Positions 1 to 11,878 of a DNA stretch of 64,000 bases are shown in pieces; positions within the stretch are counted from its first letter, which is position 1; each line of letters opens with the position of its first letter. The notes beneath the pieces were generated by a model. The model was not told where the DNA came from and searched no databases. It saw only the letters and a list, made by a program, of their open reading frames with translations. This DNA comes from Malacoraja senta. Taxonomy: Eukaryota. The stretch is taken from contig CM075989.1 of the NCBI GenBank assembly GCA_038087875.1, positions 1,116,001 to 1,180,000 on the forward strand, written 5' to 3'. The translations under genes and the position numbers were made by a program.

Positions 1-528
1 ATGGCGGTGCTGGCTCGAAGGGCCGAATGGCCTCCTCCTGCACCTATTTTCTAAGTTTCTATGTTTCTAAGATACAGAACGCAGTATATTGTTATCAGAA
101 TTGTAGCGCATCAGTTCCATAGTCTAATGCCTGCAATGGTGTAGCTTGTGGTAGGATGGTTCAGAAGCTGGATAACACAGGGAAAGAAGCTGTTTCTGGA
201 TGTGTGGTGCTTGCTTTTAAACCTGTGTACTTTCTGCCAGAGGGAAGCATGTAGGAGGAGGAATGACTAACACTGGGACGTCCTTAATTTTGTTGGCTGT
301 GTTTCCAAGGAAGTGTAGCGTTTAGTTTAGTGTAGTTTAGTTTAGAGATACAGCGGGGAAACAGGCCCTTCAGCTCACCGAGCGTAGAGACGATATACGC
401 GGATGTCGCCAGGACTCGAGGGGCTGAGGTATAGGGAGAGGTTGAGCAGGCTGGGACTCTAATCCTTAAAGCTCAGGAGGATGAGAGGTGATCTTATAGA
501 AATGCATAAGATCATGAGGGCAACAGAT

Positions 529-1557
529 TAGCAATGTAACAAAATTTTGAGATTTAAAAAATAAAGTCTGTAATTTATCCCATCAGATAAAGCATATAAA
601 GAAGTTTAATTTGACACCTAATTCACTTTCATATCTTCAGTATTAAAAAGGTTATGGCCATTTTCATACTCAGAAATTAGTATTGCTTTTCCATTGACAA
701 CACAAAAGCTGTGATCAAGGACAGCCAAAAGCCCATAACTTTCTTAAAAATTAAGAGAACTGAAATAAATGTTCAGTTATTATAGATTGAAGCATTCTGA
801 AACAAATATGAAACAATCTTACTTAGAAGACATGAAAGTAAAGCATATAATTAGTTAGTTACCTAATTGTAGCTAATTACAAAATTCAATTACTAGATCT
901 AAACATCTATCAATTTCTTAAGAATAGATTAACATTTTTTAATAGCCTAAGTGTCCAAATAACATTCACACAATAATTCACAATATAACATAATTTTTAA
1001 ATCTGATTGTCATGGATTTACAGGCCAAATGGAAGGAATTTAATGTTTAATATCTGTAAATTAATGGCCATTTAAATCATCTTGCAAGTGGGGATTTCTG
1101 GTACGCGATCATTTTGAACGTTGATTTGCGGTGAATTTAACCCCGTATCGGTATGAAAAATTCTGCCGTTAGTTCAAGGAAAATAATTACCGTTTCGCAT
1201 TAAAAAATGTGAATTACAGGCTTCTTAAGAAGCACTTTTATACAAAAAAATGAACTGCTTTCGTTTACCTGTCCCATGTGTGAAATCCGTCCCCGTTGTC
1301 GGCGTTGACGGCTTTCGAAGCTGATTTTAAAATGACTCCAGCGCTGAAATTGTCGATCGAATAAAAATAAAAAATACACAAAACGCCCGTAGGAACGATT
1401 TTTCAGCAAAAGGTTGCACTCCAACGAAATATAATTCAGGACAAGGTAGGAGAATCCCGCGTTTTAACCCCGCCCCCCCCTTAAAGGCGGCAAAATCGCG
1501 CACACGGCCAGTGGAAGATTTGCAGCGCCGCTGAAGGTAAGTATTGTAACATACCTA
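529..1557. mobile_element. Non-autonomous DNA transposon with TAG..CTA ends and 7-bp TSD (hATw-like)
   Basis: Imperfect TIRs TAGCAATGTAACAAAATTT / TAGGTATGTTACAATACTT; flanks aacagat (522-528) and aatagat (1558-1564) inside a LINE. Confidence 0.65.
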
Positions 1558-1752
1558 AATAGATCGGGTGCACAGAGTCTTTCACCCAGAGTTGGGGAAT
1601 TAAGAACTAGGGAACATAGGTTTAAGGTGAGATGGGAAAAGATTTAATAGGAACCTGAGGGGCAATGTTTTCACACAGAGGATGATGGGTATATGGAACG
1701 AGCTGCCAGACGAGGTAGTTGTGGCAGCTACTATAACAACATTTAAAAGACA

Positions 1753-2693
1753 CTAGACCAAGTGCAGACCCGTTGGGTGTGCTCCCCAAACGCAGGATTC
1801 CACCACTCACCCATTCCCCAAACGCAATATTCCACCACTCACGCAGAGCCCCCAACTGCACAGGCGTGGCTAATTTCTCCTCATCCCCCAGCTCTCCCTC
1901 CTCCTCCTCTTCACCCTCCCTCTTCAATCTCTAGAGAGGGAGGGGTGTAGAGAGTGATGGGTGGTAGAGAGGGAGGGGTGGTAGAGAGGGTGGGCTAGAG
2001 GGAGAGGGGGCAGAGAGGGAGAGGGAGGGAGAGGGAGGGGGTAGGGGTAGAAAGGGAGAGGGAGGGGGGTAAAGAGGAAGGGAGGTCGAGAGGGTGGGAG
2101 TGAGGGTAGATCAGGAGGGGGCATCTCCCTCCTCCAGCCATCCCCATCTCCCTCGTCCACACCCCCCCCCATCTCCCTCCTCCACACACCCCCCCATCTC
2201 CCTCTACCTGCCCACCCCATCTCCCTCCTCCTCATTTCCCTCATCCTCCACCCCTCACTCCCATTCCCAGCCCCAGGATCTACCCAAGTCGTAGAGTAGC
2301 GCCAGGGCCTGGAACTCGGCCTGGTTCTCGTACTTGGCCCGGCCCTGGCTGGGCTCGGCCCTCACTCCAGCGCCACCCTCCCCGTCATGCGTCGGATGCC
2401 GGCAGCCACCGCCACGCGAGCGCTGGAGTGCCCCTCCCTCCCGGAGCGTCCGTCCTGCCTTGCGAGTGCATTGTGATGTCACTCAGGTTTCTTTCCCGAA
2501 ATGGGTGAGTTTTTGGGCTGTTTTTAAAACTTTAAACGATTAAAAAGTTTGGAAATAGTGGGAATGAGATGGGAAGATGTACATCGCCATCGCCAGATAT
2601 CTATCTATCTACACACACACACACGCACACACGCACACACGCACACACGCACACACGCACACACACAAAAGAGAAGAGGTTTAGTAATATAGA
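1753..2693 (-). mobile_element. Non-autonomous Helitron, complete (941 bp)
   Basis: Minus strand starts TCTATATTAC and ends with a short hairpin then CTAG; sits between A and T of the LINE sequence aaagaca|tttggatagg with no TSD. Confidence 0.88.
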
Positions 2694-2982
2694 TTTGGAT
2701 AGGTACATGGATAGGATAAGTTTAGAGGGATATGGATCAAACGCAGGAGGTGGCAGCAGAGTAGATAGGGCATGATGGTTGGCATACGCAAGTTGGGCTG
2801 AAGGGCCTATCTCCATGCTCTATGACACTAATGCCTCTAAAATCGACCTTGCCCTAATTTAGGACCTTAACGTGGGCCAGTCTCTTCATAACTACTTTAA
2901 AACTAATTGTATCACAAAGAGGTGGTTTTGAGACACGTGCCACAGACCAAGTGTAGTCTCCTAATCAAAACAAATTTGAGGG

Positions 2983-3278
2983 TGGCACGGTGGAGTAGTG
3001 GTAGAGTTGCTGCCTTACTGCTCCAGGGACCCGGTTTTGTTGCAGACTCCGAGTGCTGTCTGTACAGAGTTTATACATTCTCCCTATGACTGGGTTAGTT
3101 TTCTCTGGGTGCTCTGGTTTCTTCCCACACTCCAAAGATGTACAGGTTTATAGGTTAATTGGTTTCGGTAAAAATTGTAACATTGTTCCTAGGATGGGAT
3201 AGTGTTAGCGTGCTAGGTGATTGCTGGTTGGTGCAGACTCGATGGGCCAAAGGGCCTGTTTCAATGCTGTATCTCTAA
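2983..3278 (+). mobile_element. HE1-type tRNA-derived V-SINE
   Basis: tRNA-like head, V-domain (gagttt..ttctccc..ggtttc.tcccacactccaaaga), LINE-derived tail gggccaaagggcctgtttc. Confidence 0.85.
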
Positions 3279-5975
3279 AGCAGCTGTGCTTTATCTTATT
3301 CATAATATAAACCACTGCAGTGCTGGCTCGAAGGGCTGAATGGCCTATTCCTGCACCTATTGTCTATTGTCTGACAAAATGTAAGTTCAAAAAATAATTC
3401 CAGTGGCAACTAACGTTGAAGAGACAATATAAAGAACATGAATTATGAGACTGGTATGGGGAATCTAAAACCGCAACATCAAATGATGGCCATGATGTAC
3501 TGAATCTAAACTTGCCAGTATGAATGATAGCATTGGTATGGGGAATGTGAATATTATGATGGCTGCAGTGCAGTGAGTTTGAAATATAAGCATGAAAAAT
3601 GACATGTGGGATCAAAGCCGTGCTAGAAAGTGGAAACAAAGCATCACCCAGTCGGTGGTGAACACTGCCTCGCACGATGGTTGCAAACACATTCTTGTCT
3701 TTGTAAGAAACTTTCCATATTTATCTGTACTGAGAAAGTGAGCAGGCACCCGCAATCTATTGGAGCAAACGTAAACGTATACCGAAGCAAAAAGTATACG
3801 TCCTATCGAAAGACAGACAGATGGGCAGAGGTGGTGGGGTAGCTTTGTTGGTGAGGAATGAGATTCAGTCCCTTGCGAGGGGTGACATAGAATCAGGAGA
3901 TGTAGAGTCAGTATGGATAGAACTGAGGAATTGTAAGGGTAAAGATACTCTAATGGAAGTTATCTACAGGGCTCCAAACAGTAGCCTGGATATAGGGTGC
4001 AAGTTGAATCAAGTTAAAATTGGCATGTTGCAAAGGTGATGGGAGATTTCAACATGCAGGTAGACAGGAAAAATCAGATTGGTACTGGACCCCAAGAAAG
4101 GGAGTTTGTGGAGGGCCTCCGAGATGGATTCTTATAGCAGCTTGCACTTGAATCTATCAGGGAGAAGGCAATTCTGGATTTAGTGTTGTGTAATGAACCA
4201 TATTTGATAAGGGAACTCGATGCAAAGGAGCCATTAGGAGGTAGTGACCATAATATGATAAGTTTTAATCTACAATTTGAGAGGGAGAAGGGAAAATCGG
4301 AAGTGTCTATTACAGTTGAGCAAAGGGGACTATGGAGCCATGAGGGAGGAGTTGGCCAAAGTTGACAGGAAAGATACCCTAGCAGGGATGACAGTGGAAC
4401 AACAATGGCAGGTATTTCTGGAAATAATACAGAAGGTGCAGGATCAGTTCATTCCAAACAGGAATGAAAGATTCTGAGGAATAAGAGGTGACCGTGGCTG
4501 ACAAGGGAAGTCAGTGACAGTATAAAAATAAAAGAGAACAAGTATATAGCAAAGATGAGCGGGAAGGCAGAATATTGGAAATGTTATAAAGAACAACAGA
4601 AGATAACTAAAAAGACAATACGGGGAGAAAAGATGAGGTACGAAGGTAAGCTAGCCAAGAATCTAAAGGATGATAGTAAAAGCTTCTTTAGGTATGTGAA
4701 GAGGAAAAATTTGGTTAATACCAAAGTTGGACCCTTGAAGACAGAAACAGGTGAATTTATTATGGGGAACAAGGAAATGGCAGATGAGTTGAACAGGTAC
4801 TTTGGATCTGTCTTCACTAAGGAAGACACAAACAATCTCCCAGATTTACTAGTGGCCAGAGGACCTAGGGTGATGGAGGAACTGAAGGAAATTCACATTA
4901 TGCAGGAAATGGTGTTGGGTAGACTGATGGGACTGAAGCCTGATAAATCCCCACGGCCTGATGGTCTGCATCCCAGGGTACTTAAGGAAGTGACTCAAGA
5001 AATTGTGGACGCATTGGTGATCATTTTCCAATGTTCTATAGATTCAGGATCAGTTCCTGTGGAATGGAGGATAGCTAATGTTATCCCACTTTTTAAGAAA
5101 GAAGAGAGAGAGACAACAGAGAATTATAGACCAGTTAGCCTGGCATCGGTGGTGGGGAAGATGCTGGAGTCAATCATAAAAGATGAAATAGCGGCATATG
5201 TGGATAGCATTAACAGGATCAATCCAAGTCAGCATGCATTTCCGAAGGGGAATTCATGGAATTTTTTGAGGATGTAACTAGGAAAATAGACAAGGGTGAG
5301 CCAGTGGATGTAGTGTACCTGGACATTCAGAAAGCCATTGGTAAGGTCGCACATAGGAGATTAGTGGGCAAAATTAGAGCACATGGAATTGGGGGTAGGG
5401 TACTGACATGGATAGAAAATTGTTTGGCAGACAGGAAACAAAGAGTAGGGATTAACAGGTCCCTTTCAGAATGGCAGGCAGTGACTAGTGGGGTACCGCA
5501 AGGCTCGATGCTGGGACCGCAGCTATTTACAATATACATTAATGATAAGATGAAGGGATTAAAAGTAACATTAGCAAATTTGAAGATAACACAAAGCTAG
5601 GTGGCAGTGAGAACAGTGAGGAGGTTGCTATGAGGATGCGGGGTGATTTGGACAGGTTGGGTAAGTGAGCAGATGCATGGAAATGCATTTTAATGTGGAT
5701 AAATGTGAGATTATCCACTTTGGTGGCAAGAACAGGAAAGTAGATTAGTAAGATTAAACGAGAACTTACCTAAGTTTGAAGTTTGATCTTTATTTTATGA
5801 GGAGTTACGTAGGTGATTACGTGAAGAACCCCACCAGTGCGCCTGCGCGTCAATCTTCAAAGCAGCGGTGTGAAATCACAAAAAACAACAACCGAAGTAA
5901 TATAGTCTCATAATAAAACGAGTAATACAAGAACTTCCATCTGACCTTTATGATAGAGGGTAGGGTCGTGGCGGG

Positions 5976-6089
5976 CACGTAATCACCTACGTAACTCCTC
6001 ATAAAATAAAGATCAAACTTCAAACTTAGGTAAGTTCTCGTTTAATCTTACTATTTTACTTCGGAGTCACGTGAGTGACTACGTGAAGA
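5976..6089. repeat. DIRS A internal complementary region (ICR)
   Basis: 5976-6053 is the exact reverse complement of 5746-5823; 6052-6089 is the reverse complement of 10472-10509 with one mismatch. Confidence 0.95.
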
Positions 6090-6269
6090 TTTTAAAGCTT
6101 TGTGATTTCATGCCGTAGATCAATCCCGGCTTCTCACTGCATTGATTGACTCGGAACAAGAAATAATCAATCATGCATTCATAATAACATTTGTACCACA
6201 AATGCAGTAATTCATTTCAATAATGAAATGAATCAGATCCCCTTTAAACCAGAGGAATTTACACAGAAC

Positions 6270-7190
6270 TTAAAATAGTTTCTGCAAACAATCCCGCATT
6301 AACAATAGGCCGATGGTAAAAATGTTGAAACATCAACTCATTGGACCATCACATTGGCTGTGAGGATATGGTCGACGGGGACGTCTTATGCCCTGGCCAC
6401 CGACTTTTCTGCTGCCCGAGTCGAGTGAGACGTAAAAACATAAGTGTTAATACCAGCAGCTGTTATGACTTCTTTTATCCATCAGGAAATAGTCTGTATT
6501 GAAACTCTCTTGTGTGGTTTCTTGTGTGTGATTAACAACCCAGTTTCCGTATTTCTTAAATTCTTTGTGACCTCAATGCATTGTCACAAATATGTCTTAA
6601 CACAGAGACAAGGATCATTTGGATATGCTGCTAGCATAATTTTAAATCCTGTCACACCTGGCCTAATTTGCTTTAATAGGTCATAGTTATAGAATGTAAC
6701 CTTGTCTTCAGTTACTTCCATAGTGTCTATTTGTAATTTTCCAAGTGTTTGCACTCGTTGTGCTGTCACTCATGCCATAAGCATGAATACTTTCATCCTG
6801 AGCTTGACCAAAGGTAAAGGCATACTTGGTGACCATTCACGAAGTAGTTTCAGTACCACACTTACATCCCAGATTGTCATGTACCTAGGTTTCGGTGGTT
6901 TGGAATTAAAGATTCCTTTCATTAGTCTGGAAAGAATTGGGTGTGACCCAATTGGGTTTATTTCTGAATCCAGAACCAAATATGAGGGCAATGCACTTAT
7001 GGCTGAATTAATTGCACTACAACTCAGACCTTCATCATAATAGAGTTTTGACAGATTTTCTAAACATTTGAAATATCTGCAGTACTATATTGCAAATTCT
7101 TTTGTACACAGAACTTTTCACATTTCTTAATATAAGAAAGGTACTGTTTTTTGAGTGCTCTTCCTCCAAGCTGCTGTAAGCATGTCCACA
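6270..7190 (-). pseudogene. DIRS A tyrosine recombinase, disrupted
   Basis: GSHPILSRLMKGIFNSKPPKPRY..WDV, AQRVQTL, KQIRPG and HSTRAA motifs in broken frames. Confidence 0.88.
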
Positions 7191-7196
7191 GTACAC

Positions 7197-7600
7197 TCAG
7201 ACAGTCCTCGCCCCAGAAAAGGCCTTCTTAAACCTGCAAATCAACAAATCCAAACGATCATATAATGGATGTTGTTTCCCTGTTACAGGGTGCAGCAATA
7301 AATTACTCCTTTTTGGGACTTTCATCAACATTTGTGTTGTTAATTCTAATATCAACGGATACCATGGCTGTGTAGGCCAATCTGGTATTACCAATACACC
7401 TAAATCAGCATCTTGCCTGACTTTAAGCAAACACTGGCTTCTGAGGCAGAAAAGTGGAAATATATATGACAACATAACACTCCAATGTAGCGAGAAAGAA
7501 TCAATCGCCACTGCTCCTGGATCTGATTCACATGAGACATATCTCGATAGCTGATGATTCAGTCTAGATGTAAACAAGTCAATGTCAGGCATTCCAAATC
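7197..7600 (-). pseudogene. DIRS A DNA N6-adenine methyltransferase-like domain
   Basis: PDIDLFTSRLNHQL..DSFSLHW..FPLF..IPDWPTQPWYP, typical of the DIRS MT domain. Confidence 0.85.
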
Positions 7601-7630
7601 TGATTACTATATCATTGAATACCTCTCAAT

Positions 7631-9130
7631 TCAACATCCATTCTTATTATCATGGAACTTTCGTGACCTGGTGTCTGCTATCGTGTTCATTCTACCTGGT
7701 AGATAGATAGCTGAAATGCAAATATTATTTTCAATACACCCAGTCCAAAGTTGATTAGCCATTTTGTCACATGACCCTGACTTGATTTCATCCATATCAT
7801 TAATATAGGCAACTGCTGTTGTGTTTATCAATCTGAACTTGAACATGCCTTTTAGTTGTGTTAGAACAATAACCTTGGAGTCCATAGAAACATCCTAAAA
7901 CTCCAAATAGTTAACTGCCCATGTCTGCAGTAACAATGACTCTTCCTGATTCCATCTGCCTCCGCAGCTAGATGCTAAGTCCGTTTCACCCCATCCTAGT
8001 GCACTGGCATCTGTTTGTAATATCATGGAAGGTTTGTTTAATCAGCACTTTGCTGGAACTGCTTGAGACATGTAGAATCCACCACTGCAGATCAGAAACA
8101 GCATTTGTTGTCAGTTGCATGGTTCTATCAAAATGACCACCATGCATTCTCAGTGCCTGTTCTTTAACTCTCTTCAGCTGTTGATAATGTAATGGTCCGA
8201 ATTGGACTGCTGGGAATGCTGCTACTAATTTTCCCAGTACTCGAGCCACCTGTCTGATTGAGGGTTTTTGCTCGTTTACCAGATTACTGCAATCTTTAAT
8301 CAACTCCACCCTTTTTTCACTGGACAAAGTAATTTTCATTTGGACTGAATCAATTGTGAACCCCAAATAATCAATCGAGGTACATGGTGTTAACCTTGAT
8401 TCCTTTGGATGAATTAGAAACCCCAAACTTTCAAAAGTTGATTTCACAACTGCCACAGATGCTTCTGTTGACTGTTTTGTCCTTCCTATAATCAGGTCAT
8501 CATCCAAAATATGCCATTAGTACATGCCCCTGGCTTCTTAGCAACCCCAGAATTGGTTTTAATAATGTTGTGAATATTCTGGGAGCGGACGTTAACCCAT
8601 TAGGCAAAGGTTTGAACTGCCATAACTGGTTCATCCATGTAAATTTAAGATACTGAATATGTATCTTTTAAATCTATAGTTGCCATATGACATGCTTCTG
8701 AAATAAGTTGTTTGGCAGTCACAAATGTCTCTTTTAAAATGTTTAAATTAAACAATAGGATTCAGACTTGTCAAGTCTAGAATAATCCCACATCCTCGAT
8801 CCTTTTTTGATCGAGGGAATATATTTAACACAAATTGGTGAATTTGGTAGACTGATTCTTCAATAACACCTTTTATATATTGGGTTTGAAACGCAGCTTG
8901 AACCTCCATCACTTCTTTTTGTGCAAACCATATGACAATTACAGCAGGAAAACAGGCCATCTCGGCCTTTCAAGTCCATGCCGAAGAAGTGGAGAATTCT
9001 GCTAGGAACATGCTGGACAGGCAAATCCTAATTTGGATTGAATTCAATTCGAAATCCTTGTATACTATTCAGAATTACCACATCTGAAGTAATCTTCCAA
9101 TTGTTTATAGAAGAGACATAATCTGCCTCC
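7631..9130 (-). pseudogene. DIRS A reverse transcriptase / RNase H, disrupted
   Basis: KKD.GC.IILDL..LN, degenerate YLDD (..DDLII), LGFLIHPKES, YLGFTIDS, DLQWW, YLPGRMNTIADTRSR. Confidence 0.9.
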
Positions 9131-9192
9131 AACTTTTGGACTTAATCCAGTTAGTATGTTCCCATGAGAACCAGGTCCACCTACCTCTTGAG

Positions 9193-10296
9193 TCATTTGA
9201 GTACTCTGAGATTCCTGGATTCTCCCGGAAGCACCCTCACTGGTTCTTGCTCCCTCTGCAGGCCGCCAGCTACGTCCCTGCGTTTAATGAGCGACTTGGT
9301 CCTGTCCAGGATCCGTATGACGTCTGAAAGGATATTCCTCTTTACAGACTTTACAACCATTGATGTTTTCATCAATCCTGTTTTCGCTTCATCTTCCAAC
9401 TCTTTAACACATCTCTCGAGATCCTCTCCAAAGAGTAAGTTGGGTAATTGTACATTACTTGGTTTGCAGAGTGCTGCGAATTTCGGATTCATAATAGGCC
9501 GTATAGCACCTTTCCTTGGACAATTGATCTCGAAGTGGGTGCTGCATAGCAACCCCAGTGCTTCCTGATGCAACTCCGTCATCTCTTGGCTTTTATCCGC
9601 TATTCTGGCAAAGCAGTTATTCCAGATTCCAGCAGCTTTAATATTCTCTGCCATTTCAATTCTTGAGTTCTCATAATCATACTCAACTCATATTTTCTTG
9701 CATTCTCATCTATTTCCTGCTGTTCCAGCTGATGGGAAACCAAGTAATTTATTAGGGAGGCCAATTCTCTTCTAATGGCTCTCCTGACTCTGGCAGGGCA
9801 GCGAATCGTACTGCCAGGAATGGAACTTCTGGCAGCTGCCGTTCTTCGCCTTGTACAGCCTTACCGTCAGAATCGGGGTCTGAAATCTCATGACCCGTGG
9901 CACGCTCCTCATCCCTGAGGGTGCATTTTATCAGCCGTGAACCAGGAGCTGTTGAGCTGCTTCCAGCACATTGGATTTCAGTACACTCTTACCTGAGTGT
10001 GCTTTGCTCCAACAGCCTATGTAGCAGGCTTTCCATTTGGGCAATACGCTTTAAAAGCAGTATCTAGCCCTGGAGCTTCCATTTCCTGGGACTCCTCCTC
10101 CGTGGCCCGTTTCAATTCAGACTTGGACTTGCGCCCGACAGGCGTTGACTGCCCCAGGTCCACAGTCGCTATGCTTCACCGCTGACGACTGTACCGGGGT
10201 ATTAGAGGCGGTTGGTTGCTACCCGCAGACTCCCGACTTTCCCGACTTTCTGTCGGCTGTGTTGCTCGCCTCTTCCCCCTGCCCGTTTTTTCCCAT
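9193..10296 (-). pseudogene. DIRS A gag-like ORF1, disrupted
   Basis: AIRP.MNPKFAALCKP...LLFGEDL motif in the ORF1 position; frameshifts upstream. Confidence 0.65.
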
Positions 10297-11144
10297 GGCA
10301 TCTGTGGAAGAAATCCCCACAGACCCACAGTAAACGGACATGAAAAAATACTAAAAAAGTTTTTACTTACCTTGTAGTTAAAAAACTACAAATCCACTGA
10401 GGAGCTCTGCTCCTCACGTCCGTTTGCGACAAGGCGTCTGACGTAATGACGCGCAGGCGCACTGGCGGGGTTCTTCATGTAGTCACTCACGTGACTCCGA
10501 AGTAAAATATTATCTGAATGGTGTCAAGTTAGTAAAAGGGGAAGTACAATGGGATCTGGGTGTCCTTGTTTATCAGTCACTGAAAGTAAGCATTTAGGTA
10601 CAGCAGGCAGTGAAGGAAGCTAATGGCATGTTGACCTTCATAACAAGAAGAGTTGTGTATCGGAGCCAAGAAGTCCTTCTGCAGTTGTGCAGGTCACTCG
10701 TAGAGTATTGTGTGCAGTTTTGGTCTCAAAATTTGAGGAAGGACATCCTTGTTATTGTGGGAGTGCAGAGTAGGTTCACAAGGTTAATTCCTGGGATGGC
10801 GGGACTGTCATAAGAATGGAGCGACTGGGCTTGTATGCACTGGAATTTAGAAGGATAAGAGGATATCTTATTGAAACATATAAGGTTATTAAGGGATTGG
10901 ACAGAACCGGGGTCCAACATTTAAGAATAAGGGGTTGGTCATTTAGAACGGAGATGAGGAAAAACATTTTCACCCAGAGAGTTGTGAATCTGTTGAATTC
11001 TCTGCCTCAGAAGGCAGTGGAGGCTAATTCTCTGGATGCTTTCAAGAGAGAGTTGGATAGAGCTCATAAAGTTAGCGAAGTCAAGGGATATGGGGAGAAG
11101 GCAGGAACGGGGTACTGATTGTGGTTGATCAGCCATGATCACAG

Positions 11145-11284
11145 GGTGGAAGATTGCAACCTTCACGTGGTCCGCCTTGTTTCGACGAATGCAATCAACC
11201 CGGCGTGCACAATCAAATAAGATCAAATAGAACAAGTTGTCGTACAACTTTAGGCTGTGCACGCCATACGCAAGAAGAAGAAGA
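11145..11284 (+). mobile_element. 140-bp retroposon with (AAG)n tail and 14-bp TSD (RTE-type tail)
   Basis: Perfect TSD agccatgatcacag at 11131-11144 and 11285-11298; tail aagaagaagaag. Confidence 0.8.
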
Positions 11285-11878
11285 AGCCATGATCACAGTG
11301 ATTGGCAGTGCTGGCTCAAAGGGCCAAATGACCTACTCGTGCACCTATTGTCTATTGTCTACTGTCAAACAGGACTGCAAGTGCAGCAGTTGGGATTGTC
11401 TAGATGGCTTAGACTGCAGAGAGCTATGAGTGTAATCGTGACATGCATTGCCATCGCCACACCAGATCAGAATGTGAGCCCAACCCAGACCACGTGAGCC
11501 TGAAACTGCTCTGGAATCTTTCCTGCTTGACATTTTTAGCTGCAGAGATTAAATTGTCTTCATCCCACAAATCTCCACTGCAAACCTATACATATGGTGT
11601 AGAATTAACTGATATAAAAAGAAGCGTTTGGGTCTCCAATGCATATTTAACATTGTGTGCATGCTTTCTGACCTCTATAAATATATTATAAGCCTCTGCC
11701 TGCTGGAGTTGGCTATTTGCATTAAATGTAAGAAAATATTTTAATTCATCTTAGATTTCTAATTTAAAAACAAGAGAATGATTTTTTTTAATAGAAATTG
11801 AACTCCTGTGATTAGAAAGTGAAGCATTTTACCATGAAAGATTTCCTTGTGTTCATTTTTGAACTTGCAACTGCAGCA

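Larger units (their letters stand above)
400..2830 (+). mobile_element. HER1/CR1-type LINE 3' fragment hosting the hATw-like element and Helitron copy 1
   Basis: Continuous LINE 3' sequence across 400-528, 1558-1752 and 2694-2830. Confidence 0.85.
5746..10509 (-). mobile_element. DIRS1-type tyrosine-recombinase retrotransposon, copy A (both termini, disrupted ORFs), inserted in a CR1 LINE
   Basis: Inverted terminal repeats 5818-5852/10447-10481; ICR at 5976-6089; minus-strand gag-like, RT/RNase H, methyltransferase and YR fragments in DIRS order; the flanks rejoin as CR1 gtagat-ta-ttatctgaatgg. Confidence 0.95.
3780..11352 (+). mobile_element. CR1 LINE ORF2 (endonuclease + RT) and 3' UTR, disrupted; split by DIRS A (5746-10509)
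   Basis: GGGVALLV, GDFN, SDHNMISF, PDGLHPRVLKE, NYRPVSL, GVPQGSMLGP, FTIYIND; (CTATTGT)n tail at ~11345. Confidence 0.95.

Noticed and set aside
6270..7600. Phage-like integrase plus adenine methyltransferase as bacterial contamination or gene transfer
   Set aside because: Both are normal DIRS domains and lie between DIRS termini next to RT/RNase H
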